Program-made: the position numbers and the translations under genes
Sequence record: SRR31156797_1024
Length of the DNA stretch: 39,461 nt
Strand: one strand, 5' to 3'
The notes under the pieces: generated by a model
Told to the model about the DNA's origin: nothing
Databases searched by the model: none
The model's input: the letters and a program-made list of their open reading frames with translations, nothing else
Shown here: positions 1-11,751 of the stretch, one piece after another
Numbering within the stretch: the first letter of the stretch is position 1
Layout: every line of letters starts with the position of its first letter

Positions 1-741
1 ATCGATGGTCTTGATGATCTTGGAGGTCTCTTCACTGGCCTTTGTAATATCCACCATGGAACGAGCCAGCTGTTCCATGGAATGGTTGGCTTTCCCCACG
101 ATCTCTTTGGCCTCCACCATGAGTTGATCCGCCTGGCCGGCGTTGTCAGCATTCTGCCGGGTCATGGAAGAAATTTCTTCCAGGGAAGAAGACGTCTCCT
201 CAATGGAAGCCGCCTGTTCCGATGATCCTTCAGCAAGGGATTGGCTGGCGGCGGATACCTGGGATGATGCAGAGGCCACCTGCTGAGCGCCGTCATTTAA
301 ACCTTCGATGACACGGTTTAGGGGTCCGGTGATACCCCGGGTGATCATAAACGCCAGAAAGGCACCCAGAAAGAGGGCCATGGCACCGATCAATCCCACA
401 ACAAATTCCGCGCGGCGATTGGAAGCCACCAGTTTAGGGCCTAACGTATCTTGCACGGTTTTAATATCCAATTTTACATCCTCAACGGCCTTGGCAATTT
501 CGGGACCGATCCGGTCCAAGGTTCCGGATATGATTTTATTTCTTTCAAAGATGAGTGCTGCAAGCGCCTTAAAGGCCTCATGATATGCGTGATCCTCATC
601 TGTGGTCTCCTTGAGCAGTCTCCTTCTCTCAGCGTTTTCCAGATGTTTGTCCAGCTTCTCCAGTTCCGTTTCCAGATGCCTGAATTCCGCTTCCACCCTG
701 TCAACGTCCTTTTTAGCATTGGAATCCATGAACTTGACCAC
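1..741 (-). pseudogene. Methyl-accepting chemotaxis protein, apparently missing its N-terminus (TM1 and part of the sensor domain); also runs off the window edge
   Basis: Manual minus-strand translation gives ...YVVKFMDSNAKKDVDRV...EFVVGLIGAMALFLGAFLAFMITRGITGPLNRVIEGLNDGAQQVASAS...ETSKIIKTID, typical of an MCP TM2 plus signalling domain. An in-frame TAA at 757-759 lies just upstream and no first TM helix is encoded. Not in the ORF track. Confidence 0.75.
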
Positions 742-829
742 GTAAACCCCCTGCTTTTATAAGCCGTTATTTTTGACGAATGGGGTATTCACTCTCTTTG
801 ATTCGAAAAAACAACTCACAGCCCATTTC

Positions 830-852
830 CTAACGCAAATCTAACATTTGCG
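830..852 (+). promoter_or_regulatory. Candidate Pho-box-like 11-bp direct repeat overlapping a 7-bp inverted repeat
   Basis: CTAACG (830-835) and CTAACA (841-846) are 11 bp apart. CGCAAAT-N5-ATTTGCG spans 834-852. The element lies upstream of the arsC/pstS-like pair. Confidence 0.35.
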
Positions 853-906
853 GAATATCCTGGATCTTACATTTTTGAAAATGCTCCCGTTTGGAGGTTA
901 TCAACT

Positions 907-1308
907 ATGGCGCATGGAAAATCCGACGTACCGATGATATCGGATGCATACGACATTGGCGCTTTAAAAATCCGGGTTCTTTTCATATGTGTCCATAACA
1001 GCGGTCGCAGTCAGATGGCTCAAGCCTTTCTGAATGAAATGGCGGGGGATCGATTCGAGGTGGAAAGCGCCGGATTCAAGCCCACTCGCCTAAATTCTCT
1101 GGTTTTAGAGGCAATGCGGGATGCAGGCATTGACCTGTCCCAAAACCGGACCCAAAGCGTTTTCAAGCTCTATCAGGATGGCAATCTCTATGATTACGTC
1201 ATCACCGTTTGTGAGGAATCCTCTGAAAACCAGTGTCCGCTTTTTCCAGGTTTGGCCCGAAGATTAAACTGGCCCTTTGACAATCCCGAGACTTTTGAAG
1301 GGAGGTAA
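907..1308 (+). CDS. arsC: Thioredoxin-type arsenate reductase (LMW-PTP fold), C-terminally shortened, possibly a pseudogene
   Basis: Active-site loop LFICVHNSGRSQMAQA and VITVCEESSENQCPLFPG with two further Cys. Ends abruptly at WPFDNPETFEGR. Confidence 0.8.
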   Translation: MAHGKSDVPMISDAYDIGALKIRVLFICVHNSGRSQMAQAFLNEMAGDRFEVESAGFKPTRLNSLVLEAMRDAGIDLSQNRTQSVFKLYQDGNLYDYVITVCEESSENQCPLFPGLARRLNWPFDNPETFEGR

Positions 1309-1317
1309 AATGTATCA

Positions 1318-2145
1318 ATGAAAGCGTTCGTGTTGGGAGTTCTGATTTCCTTTATGTGTTGGATGCATTCAGGGTGCACGGCCCAGGAGCAGCCCGAGAT
1401 CAAGGTCGCGGGTTCAACGACGATCCTCCCTTTCATGGTGAAGGTTTCAGAAAGCTATTCACGAAAAGGGAACGCCGATATCCGGATCAGCGGCGGCGGG
1501 TCCATGACAGGAATAAGGGAGCTGATGGACGGAAAATGCAGCATTGCCATGTCCTCCGCCACAATCCCGGCGAACATGCTTTCTTATGCGGATTCAAAGG
1601 GTTTTAAACTCAAAGGTTTTTCCTTTGCAAAAGATTTAATCGTTCCCATTGTTCACCCGACCAACCCCGTCGTCGGCCTGAGCCTGGAGCAACTGGCCGG
1701 AATATATTCAGGAAATCTAAAATCCTGGGGTGACGTGGGCGGAGAGCCCCAGTCCATTGAAGTGGTCACCAGGGGGGACTCTTCCGGAACGGGGGCAGTG
1801 TGGAAACAACTCGTCATGAAATCCGGGAGTGTCAAACCGGGTGCGGTTCTCCAAGATTCCAGCAGCGGGGTTCTCGCTTATGTTGCGGAACATCCTGAGG
1901 CCATCGGTTACGTCAGCTACGGCTTATTGAACCATGAAGTGAAACCGCTTTCCGTAAATGGTATTGCGCCGAGCGGAGAAAGCACAAAACAGGCCACATA
2001 TCCCATATTCAGGCGCTTATATCTTTATGTGAATGAAAAACAACTCCCCCATTATATCAAATCTCTGATTGTTTTCATCCTCAGCAAAAAAGGTCAAGAA
2101 TTGGCTCGGGAGTGCGGTTTCATCCCCAAGAATGCTCTGAATTGA
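1318..2145 (+). CDS. PstS-family phosphate-binding periplasmic protein (orphan, divergent)
   Basis: Signal peptide; motifs IKVAGSTTILP, ISGGGSMTG, IVHPTNPV, SSGT, AIGYVSYG, YPIFRRLYLY. GGAGG RBS at 1301-1305. Confidence 0.85.
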   Translation: MKAFVLGVLISFMCWMHSGCTAQEQPEIKVAGSTTILPFMVKVSESYSRKGNADIRISGGGSMTGIRELMDGKCSIAMSSATIPANMLSYADSKGFKLKGFSFAKDLIVPIVHPTNPVVGLSLEQLAGIYSGNLKSWGDVGGEPQSIEVVTRGDSSGTGAVWKQLVMKSGSVKPGAVLQDSSSGVLAYVAEHPEAIGYVSYGLLNHEVKPLSVNGIAPSGESTKQATYPIFRRLYLYVNEKQLPHYIKSLIVFILSKKGQELARECGFIPKNALN

Positions 2146-2352
2146 TCAACAGGCATGTTTCTGCTGTATATCAGGTAATCATCTCAGTGTCAGACGGATC
2201 TAATCCTCCCTAAATTGTATTATTTAAACCGAATGCTATTAGTTTTCTAATTTGATCCACATCATTAACGAATTTTCATCCGATCTTTGGAAGAAGACGG
2301 AAAAGGGGCCCCCGTCCTTCAGGAATTGAACACACATTAGATCCCATGTCCA

Positions 2353-2796
2353 TTATGCTTTCGATTCTTTTCCCTTCATGCTGTCGATCGCCACTTTAAT
2401 GAGGGCAAGACCCTTAACCCGTTTCTCATCGTATGCGGTCAGCGGCCCGCCGTAATGCTTCACGATTACATCCAGGGCTTCCCTTTTCTCCGCCGGGTCT
2501 TCCAGGATAACGGCCCGGCCGTAACCCACAACACTTTTGTACCGCATGTTCCACTTGCAGGGATTGTCCGCCGGAACAATTTCCAGATCCACTTCCATTT
2601 CAAAACAGACCCGGTTATTTTTTTTTAGGATCTCCATCTTTCTGCCCTTTTTACCGGTATGGAAATAAAGGGTGTTTTCGAGGTATCCAAAACTCATGGG
2701 AACCACATAAGGCCGGTTTCCGTCGGCCAGCCCCAAACGGCATACCTCGGCTCTTGCAATAATGCTTTTGACCTTTTCCGGATCAAGAATTTCCAT
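2353..2796 (-). CDS. Pyridoxamine 5'-phosphate oxidase-like / NimA-family flavin-binding protein
   Basis: VCRLGL, PYVVPMSFGY, LYFHTGKKGRKMEILKKNNRVCFE and YKSVVGYG motifs. Confidence 0.85.
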   Translation of the reverse strand: MEILDPEKVKSIIARAEVCRLGLADGNRPYVVPMSFGYLENTLYFHTGKKGRKMEILKKNNRVCFEMEVDLEIVPADNPCKWNMRYKSVVGYGRAVILEDPAEKREALDVIVKHYGGPLTAYDEKRVKGLALIKVAIDSMKGKESKA

Positions 2797-2805
2797 TTCC
2801 CCCCG

Positions 2806-2842
2806 TCAAAAAAAGGCCTCTAAAAAAAGAGGCCTTTTTTGA
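2806..2842. terminator. Rho-independent, potentially bidirectional terminator downstream of the PFOR gene
   Basis: Inverted repeat TCAAAAAAAGGCCTCT-AAAAAA-AGAGGCCTTTTTTGA with A and T tails, about 70 bp past the PFOR stop. Confidence 0.8.
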
Positions 2843-2912
2843 AATCATGGTTTTGGATTACAGGCCTGAATCAAAATACCCGCCTTCACCCCTTTTTACT
2901 ACGGAATCACAT

Positions 2913-6464
<3,552 letters not shown>

Positions 6465-6560
6465 TTAACAAGCTCAGGGTTCAAGATTAGGGAAAAGGGA
6501 AAAGGGAAATTTTGAACCCGTAAACGGCTATTACCGTTTATTTGTTTTTGAAAAGCCTTC

Positions 6561-6589
6561 AGTATATTTACAGAAAAATACCCTGTCAA
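6561..6589 (-). promoter_or_regulatory. Sigma-70-type promoter for PFOR
   Basis: Minus strand reads TTGACA-N17-TATACT. Confidence 0.75.
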
Positions 6590-6593
6590 TACT

Positions 6594-7247
6594 TTAGTCC
6601 ACAATATGAAGAAAGCGTTTCCAGTGGGGCCATGACCAGTAGATGATAAAGGCTTTTCCTTTTACGGAGGATAGGGGTACGAACCCCCAGAACCGACTGT
6701 CATAGCTGTGGTTTCGGTTGTCTCCCATGACAAAAAGGTGTCCTTTGGGAACCGTGACCGGCCCAAAATGGCTTTTTTCTCCCATCTGGGTTGCCGTACG
6801 CCCTACCTTGGAATAGAATCCGTGTTCGTCATCGTACAGCTTGCCGTTGATGAAAATCTTTTCACCGGAAATTTCCACCTTGTCGCCGGGAAGGCCGATG
6901 ACACGTTTGATGAAATCCTTATCCGGGTCCACCGGATAGATAAAGACGACGATGTCACCCCGTTCGGGTTCGCTGATGGGTATCAGGGTCTTGTTGGTAA
7001 AAGGGATCTTGATACCGTACAAAAATTTGTTGACCAGAATATGATCACCCACCAGAAGCGTGGGCTTCATGGAGCCCGAAGGGATTTTAAACGCCTGTAC
7101 CACAAAGGTTCGGATAAAAAGCGCCAGAAGAACGGCAATGATCGCTGCCTCGGCATATTCTCGAAATACCCCCTTTTTTTTCAATCCGTTTTTGGATTTT
7201 CGCTCTTTCAACAATGCCTCCTTCTGCACATGACTGCTCTGTTCCAT
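6594..7247 (-). CDS. lepB: Signal peptidase I
   Basis: TM segment, IPSGSMKPTLLVGDHILVNKF (catalytic Ser), DFIKRVIGLPGD (catalytic Lys) and GDNRNHSYDSRFWG. Start probably ATG 7247 after AAGGA; the ORF track extends it to 7376. Confidence 0.95.
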   Translation of the reverse strand: MEQSSHVQKEALLKERKSKNGLKKKGVFREYAEAAIIAVLLALFIRTFVVQAFKIPSGSMKPTLLVGDHILVNKFLYGIKIPFTNKTLIPISEPERGDIVVFIYPVDPDKDFIKRVIGLPGDKVEISGEKIFINGKLYDDEHGFYSKVGRTATQMGEKSHFGPVTVPKGHLFVMGDNRNHSYDSRFWGFVPLSSVKGKAFIIYWSWPHWKRFLHIVD

Positions 7248-7415
7248 GGAAATAATATCCTTATAAAATGAGAATGGTCGTGAATTTGTTTGGGAAATGT
7301 AATCTTTAAGGACCGCCTTTGTAAAGGGGTTTTTGAAGGGCTGTTTGCCGGTTATGAATTTTCCGGGTATTCCCATTTGCCGAAAAAGTGCGCCCCATTA
7401 AAATCATAAGCTCTA

Positions 7416-7444
7416 TTGACACAAAACCGATGTGAGAATATCCT
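7416..7444 (+). promoter_or_regulatory. Sigma-70-type promoter
   Basis: TTGACA-N17-TATCCT upstream of the ORF at 7561. Confidence 0.55.
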
Positions 7445-7560
7445 CCAAAATACCATCTCAAATTTTATGGCAAAACAAAACGACTGAACATCGGGTCATG
7501 TGAAAAAGAGGAAGCTTAAAGATGTACCGCGCTTGATAGGTTGTTTCCTCCGAGGGCTTT

Positions 7561-8112
7561 ATGAAAAGAATTGTAACAGGGATGTTATTTGGGTTTCTAA
7601 TCATTTTTCCAATGGTTTGCTCCGCCGCCTATGTGATCCATCTGAAAGACGGAAGAAGTTTTACCACCCCCGCATACCGGGAGGAGGGGGATCAGATCAA
7701 GTTCGAGCGATATGGTGGGGTCATCGGGTTTCCCAGGGACCAGATCATAGACATCGAGGAAATCGCGGATGTCCCAAAAGTAGAGGTCTTGAAACCGCCG
7801 GAAAAAAAGAAAGAAGGGACCACCGTTTCGGAAGTACCTTCAGCGGCCGGGAAAGCTGAAGGGGGGAAATCGGCTGACCCCAAAAAGAAGGACCCACGGC
7901 GGGTCTTCATGAAGGAAAAACAACGGATTCTTATGGAAAGGGAAAAAATTTCACAAGCGTTCGAGGAAGCAAAAGCAAGAAACGACAGGAAAGAAAAAGA
8001 CCTTTACTGGAACAAATTGCTTCTGATTCAGAAGGAACTCAAGGAGCTTCAAGATAGGGTGGCAGCTGAAAATGATGGGGTTCTGCCGCCATGGTGGAGA
8101 CAGATCCAATAA
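7561..8112 (+). CDS. Secreted hypothetical protein (small N-terminal beta domain, charged linker, C-terminal coiled coil)
   Basis: Signal peptide MKRIVTGMLFGFLIIFPMVCSA; YVIHLKDG N-terminal strand; K/E-rich helical C-terminus. Confidence 0.75.
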   Translation: MKRIVTGMLFGFLIIFPMVCSAAYVIHLKDGRSFTTPAYREEGDQIKFERYGGVIGFPRDQIIDIEEIADVPKVEVLKPPEKKKEGTTVSEVPSAAGKAEGGKSADPKKKDPRRVFMKEKQRILMEREKISQAFEEAKARNDRKEKDLYWNKLLLIQKELKELQDRVAAENDGVLPPWWRQIQ

Positions 8113-8116
8113 AAAA

Positions 8117-9370
8117 TCAGTTGCGTATCTCGCACCAGGAGACTTTATTCAGATTGTTTGAGAGAAATTTATTCCGGATGGCGGTGTCGAAATAGAGGGT
8201 GCCGGAGTTTTTGATGTCCACATTGGCACCCCATACGGCGCCATAAACGTCTGCGCTGTTTTTGATATCGATGTCCGCATAGGGGGCGTAAACAAAGCCT
8301 TTAAATTCACTGCCATGTTTCAAGTCGATTTTAGCGGTCGAATTGGAAAAAATACTGAAATCTGTGGAATTTCCGATAACATTTACAACGGATGAATTTT
8401 TGGAGTTAAAGGGGCCGGTGAGAAAAATCCGCACTGGGCCGCCGGCGGCATCGATTTCGAGCTCCGCGTTGTTTTTGAGTTCCACCTCGGAAAAATAGTA
8501 GTCCCCGGTCATTAAGGTGACTTTCCCGCTGTTGGGTACTTCAAGTTTGTAGGTGGTATTGTTATACATGGAAATGGGATTAATTCCGGTAAGATTTTCG
8601 TTATTGGGGGGCGCATGGGTCGCCGGATTATACTCCCCTCCAACCATATTCACCCCCAGGGGGTCCGGGTCCACCCTTCCCACATTTTCCGGGCTTGTAT
8701 CATAAAAAGTAGTTCCCCCATGAATGCTGTTTGTGGTGGCCGAGCCATCCGCTTTTTCGCCCAGAACCCCCGCACCATCGATGCTTGCGCCATTATGGGT
8801 CACCAGCCAGTCATTAGACCCCACGTCCGCCTCGTGGGTTGTTTGAAACGACGGGTCGTTGGGATCGTTCTTTGTTGAATCTGTGCTGCTGCTGTCAAAA
8901 CTGAGCGTTGTGCCGCCATTTTTTGTATCCAGTTTTTTATCCCCGAATGCGGCAAAGTTGATGGCTGAAGCGCGACTGTAACAAACAACTATCTGGGCCT
9001 GGCTGTTATTCGGGCCACTTCCGGTGCTGGTCAGGGAATAGGTGTTGTTTGCTACCAGTGTGACCGGCGACAGGGAAAAGGAAAAACCGCTGGGAACGGT
9101 ATAAGACAATGTTGCGGTATGGCCAATGGTTGTTGGCAATGTAATTGAACCCGACTTCAGCGCCGATTCAATTTGAGCTTCAGCAAAATTGACCCCCGCT
9201 TCCGCATCAAAAAATGACTCGGCGCTGGCCTGGTAGTTCCTACCGATTTTTAAATCCGTGCTGGTCATGACATAGGCGGTGGTCCCCAGCATCCCTAAGA
9301 TAGCCAGAAACATGAGGGAAATCACCAGGGCCACACCCCGCTCGTTCTTATGGGATATCGGTATTTTCAT
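8117..9370 (-). CDS. pilX: PilX-like minor pilin with a large C-terminal extension (putative beta-helix/adhesin domain)
   Basis: NERG/VALVISLMFLAILGMLG class III signal lacking Glu5; SFFDAEAGV PilX motif; C-terminal repeats FKGFVYAPYADIDIKNSADVYGAVWGANVDIKNSG. Start ATG 9370 follows GGAGG. Confidence 0.75.
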   Translation of the reverse strand: MKIPISHKNERGVALVISLMFLAILGMLGTTAYVMTSTDLKIGRNYQASAESFFDAEAGVNFAEAQIESALKSGSITLPTTIGHTATLSYTVPSGFSFSLSPVTLVANNTYSLTSTGSGPNNSQAQIVVCYSRASAINFAAFGDKKLDTKNGGTTLSFDSSSTDSTKNDPNDPSFQTTHEADVGSNDWLVTHNGASIDGAGVLGEKADGSATTNSIHGGTTFYDTSPENVGRVDPDPLGVNMVGGEYNPATHAPPNNENLTGINPISMYNNTTYKLEVPNSGKVTLMTGDYYFSEVELKNNAELEIDAAGGPVRIFLTGPFNSKNSSVVNVIGNSTDFSIFSNSTAKIDLKHGSEFKGFVYAPYADIDIKNSADVYGAVWGANVDIKNSGTLYFDTAIRNKFLSNNLNKVSWCEIRN

Positions 9371-9421
9371 GATATCCTCCATCTTGAAATTCATGCCTTA
9401 TCGGCCGTTTTACACAACTCA

Positions 9422-10291
9422 TCAGAACCCCAGGTTGGGCGGCGTGACAACAGAACGCAAACGGTAGGTCCTGCGGCCGCTGTTTTGAGGGTAATCCGGA
9501 TCCGGTTTATCCGTTTGTGCCGTCAACGGATTGATCTCCAATCCCAGAATCGAGCCCGTTGAGGGGACCTGGGTCACCTGCATATCAATTATGTTATTCG
9601 CAAGGGGTTGCCGGCCGGCCCCCAGGTTTTCGTTTCTTTTCAGGGTATATACCGTGTTGCCCGATGCGTCCGTTTCCTGAACTATGGAATAGCTGATGAT
9701 CTTTACCACACAGATGTCCACGGTCATTGCCGATACATCATATGATTCCTCAAGCCCCTGGTTTCCGGAAGTGCCCGGATCCTTGTCAATGGTGAGGGTA
9801 TTTCCGGACACGGCCGTTACCACAGCCCGTTCAATGCCGTTGAGGCAGATATTGCTCTTGGTGGTCGTATTGAAATCGGAGCCGTCAGCAACATCAATGG
9901 TTGTATCTCCCGAAGAGGCGTCGGCGGAAAGGGTTGTGACCGCACCGTCAAAACACCCCGCCACATGGATGATATCACTTCCCAGAGCGCCCATACCGTC
10001 CTCTATGAGAACCGGATCATTGCCGAAAGTAACGCCCGCCCAGTTGAGCCATGTGGAAAGTGCCGTGGATGTTACACAATACCCCGTCATCATGATTTCA
10101 CCGGACATTACATCCATACCCGCTCTCGCGTTCTGTACCATTTCCGTGATCTGTTGTTGCGTATCATAGGTTTTTCGCTGAAAAACAAACGTACTGGAAA
10201 GCGATGTCACCACAATAATGGCGATGGCCAGCGTAACGAGCAGTTCAACCAGAGTAAACCCTGCTTTTTTTCTGTTTAACGGATCAGGCAT
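9422..10291 (-). CDS. pilW: PilW-like minor pilin (set 1)
   Basis: KAG/FTLVELLVTLAI prepilin motif; QQITEMVQNARAGMDVMSGEIMMTG; QPLANNI. Start uncertain (10291 or 10333). Confidence 0.8.
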   Translation of the reverse strand: MPDPLNRKKAGFTLVELLVTLAIAIIVVTSLSSTFVFQRKTYDTQQQITEMVQNARAGMDVMSGEIMMTGYCVTSTALSTWLNWAGVTFGNDPVLIEDGMGALGSDIIHVAGCFDGAVTTLSADASSGDTTIDVADGSDFNTTTKSNICLNGIERAVVTAVSGNTLTIDKDPGTSGNQGLEESYDVSAMTVDICVVKIISYSIVQETDASGNTVYTLKRNENLGAGRQPLANNIIDMQVTQVPSTGSILGLEINPLTAQTDKPDPDYPQNSGRRTYRLRSVVTPPNLGF

Positions 10292-10347
10292 GACATTTCT
10301 TAAAGACCCCCTCAACGCTCTTTCAACACTCAATTGTGAATGAACTC

Positions 10348-10743
10348 TTAATTGCAGAAGATGGTTTTTATCTCGATCTGGTGCGCATCTGAGGCCCCCC
10401 AGTAAACCTTAACGGTCACTTGCTTCATCCCGGCTGCCGGGGTATTGTCATTTACGGTCACCTCCCGCTGATACTGGGAAAAAGGGGCGGCACAGGCGTT
10501 TTTGGTTTCGCTCACGGCACCGGTGTATCCGTTGGCGCGAACATCCTCCAGCTTGTCTTGGGCCAGTGTGGTTGCGGTGGTCAGGTCATTGCTCAGCTTA
10601 GTTTTTTGGATGATGGATCCGGTCAGGGTGGCCATGCCCAGCAGGCCGACGGCGAGCATCACAATGGCCAGCAGCAATTCAATGAGCGTAAAGCCCCTGT
10701 TGGCTGCAGTTCCAACTGTTTGTTTTTCCTGTTGCGGTTCCAC
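10348..10743 (-). CDS. pilV: PilV-like minor pilin (set 1)
   Basis: NRG/FTLIELLLAIVMLAVGLLG; ATTLAQDKLE; KQVTVKVYW. Confidence 0.8.
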   Translation of the reverse strand: MEPQQEKQTVGTAANRGFTLIELLLAIVMLAVGLLGMATLTGSIIQKTKLSNDLTTATTLAQDKLEDVRANGYTGAVSETKNACAAPFSQYQREVTVNDNTPAAGMKQVTVKVYWGASDAHQIEIKTIFCN

Positions 10744-10754
10744 TTACAGCCTCG

Positions 10755-11228
10755 TCAATTGATCCTAACACGTCCGGCGACACTCACCGAGATGGATTTT
10801 GAACCACTGGAATTTTGAACCGTGATGGTGTCCAGATCCGTGGCGGTCCCCTTCGGACTGAATGTGATTGTTGGAAGACTTCCGGTGTAATTGATCGTAA
10901 CGTCACTGTAATGGCTCCGGATATCAACCGTCCGTGAAGTCTCGGAGCCGCTGTCGTCAATTCCGTCACTGTCGTCATCATCCAAAATTTTATATTCGTG
11001 ATTGTTAAGGACAAAGATTTTGAATGGGTTGTTATGTTTCACCGCTTCCATGCGCGCGTCCATCAAATCTCCCATGATCTCACGGGCCGCGCCGTTAAGG
11101 CGCATTACCGGAAGCCAGCCCATGAAAGCCGGAATGGCAACGGCCGCCGCAATACCCATGATTGCGACCACTAAAATCAATTCCATCATCGTAAAGCCGT
11201 TTTGCTTTTTTGAGTTTTGGTTAATCAT
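10755..11228 (-). CDS. fimT: FimT/FimU (GspH-like) minor pilin (set 1)
   Basis: QNG/FTMMELILVVAIMGI; AAREIMGDLMDARMEAVK; ITFSPKG; ISVSVAGRVRI. Confidence 0.8.
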   Translation of the reverse strand: MINQNSKKQNGFTMMELILVVAIMGIAAAVAIPAFMGWLPVMRLNGAAREIMGDLMDARMEAVKHNNPFKIFVLNNHEYKILDDDDSDGIDDSGSETSRTVDIRSHYSDVTINYTGSLPTITFSPKGTATDLDTITVQNSSGSKSISVSVAGRVRIN

Positions 11229-11274
11229 TATGCGGTTTCTTTTGTGTTAATGCTACGCCTGAAAGCCAATAAAG

Positions 11275-11290
11275 AGCAAATCTCGTGCTG
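11275..11290 (-). promoter_or_regulatory. Degenerate sigma-54 promoter for the leftward minor-pilin operon
   Basis: Minus strand CAGCACGAGATTTGCT versus consensus TGGCACG-N4-TTGCW; the -25 G is replaced by A. Confidence 0.5.
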
Positions 11291-11505
11291 AGAGTAGTGA
11301 AAAGACAAAAAAATGAAGATCTGGAAAAGGCGTTTTTATTGCAAATATACCATAAATCTAAGAGTTTATAAAATGAAAGTCAAGCATCCGTAAATGGATA
11401 TTCGGTTGTGGGAAAAAGCGTTTTTTGTATACCTCTTTAGGCAGTTCTGTTTTTGGATTTCAACAAAGACTCTTCCGAAACGCATGCGGATATCCGAGCT
11501 GCAAT

Positions 11506-11522
11506 TGTAAAAAAATATTACA
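11506..11522. promoter_or_regulatory. Candidate enhancer-binding-protein site (TGT-N11-ACA)
   Basis: Palindrome TGTAA-N7-TTACA about 105-120 bp upstream of the sigma-54 -24 element; a partial second copy lies at 11525-11541. Confidence 0.5.
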
Positions 11523-11626
11523 GCAGATAAAAATATTGACAATCTGTTGGGGTTTGAAATTTTTTATTTGGATTAATGATATGTAATCTTATATAATATC
11601 CCTGATTTAAAAGGTGCGCTCTGATA

Positions 11627-11642
11627 TGGCATAAAAATTGCT
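11627..11642 (+). promoter_or_regulatory. Sigma-54 (-24/-12) promoter for the rightward pilus operon
   Basis: TGGCATAAAAATTGCT with exact GG-N10-GC spacing. Confidence 0.8.
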
Positions 11643-11751
11643 TGTTTTCTTGGGTGGGCAAACACCGAACGGAGATATGGCGGTGTTTATGTCGCAAGGC
11701 ATGGCAAAACGGGAGTTCAATGGATCAAAAAAAAAAAGAGAATTTCCAAAA

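Noticed and set aside
2252-2265. FNR-like TTGAT-N4-ATCAT
   Set aside because: It sits between convergent genes with nothing to regulate and is probably a chance match.
6594-7247. lepB as the pilus prepilin peptidase
   Set aside because: It is a Ser/Lys signal peptidase I, not a PilD-type aspartic peptidase; the adjacency may be incidental.
11655-11700. GGCAAAC...CGCAAGGC leader with hairpin AAACACCG/CGGTGTTT, superficially like a c-di-GMP-I riboswitch
   Set aside because: No GNRA tetraloop, receptor or second stem is discernible. An Infernal search with the Rfam model would settle it.
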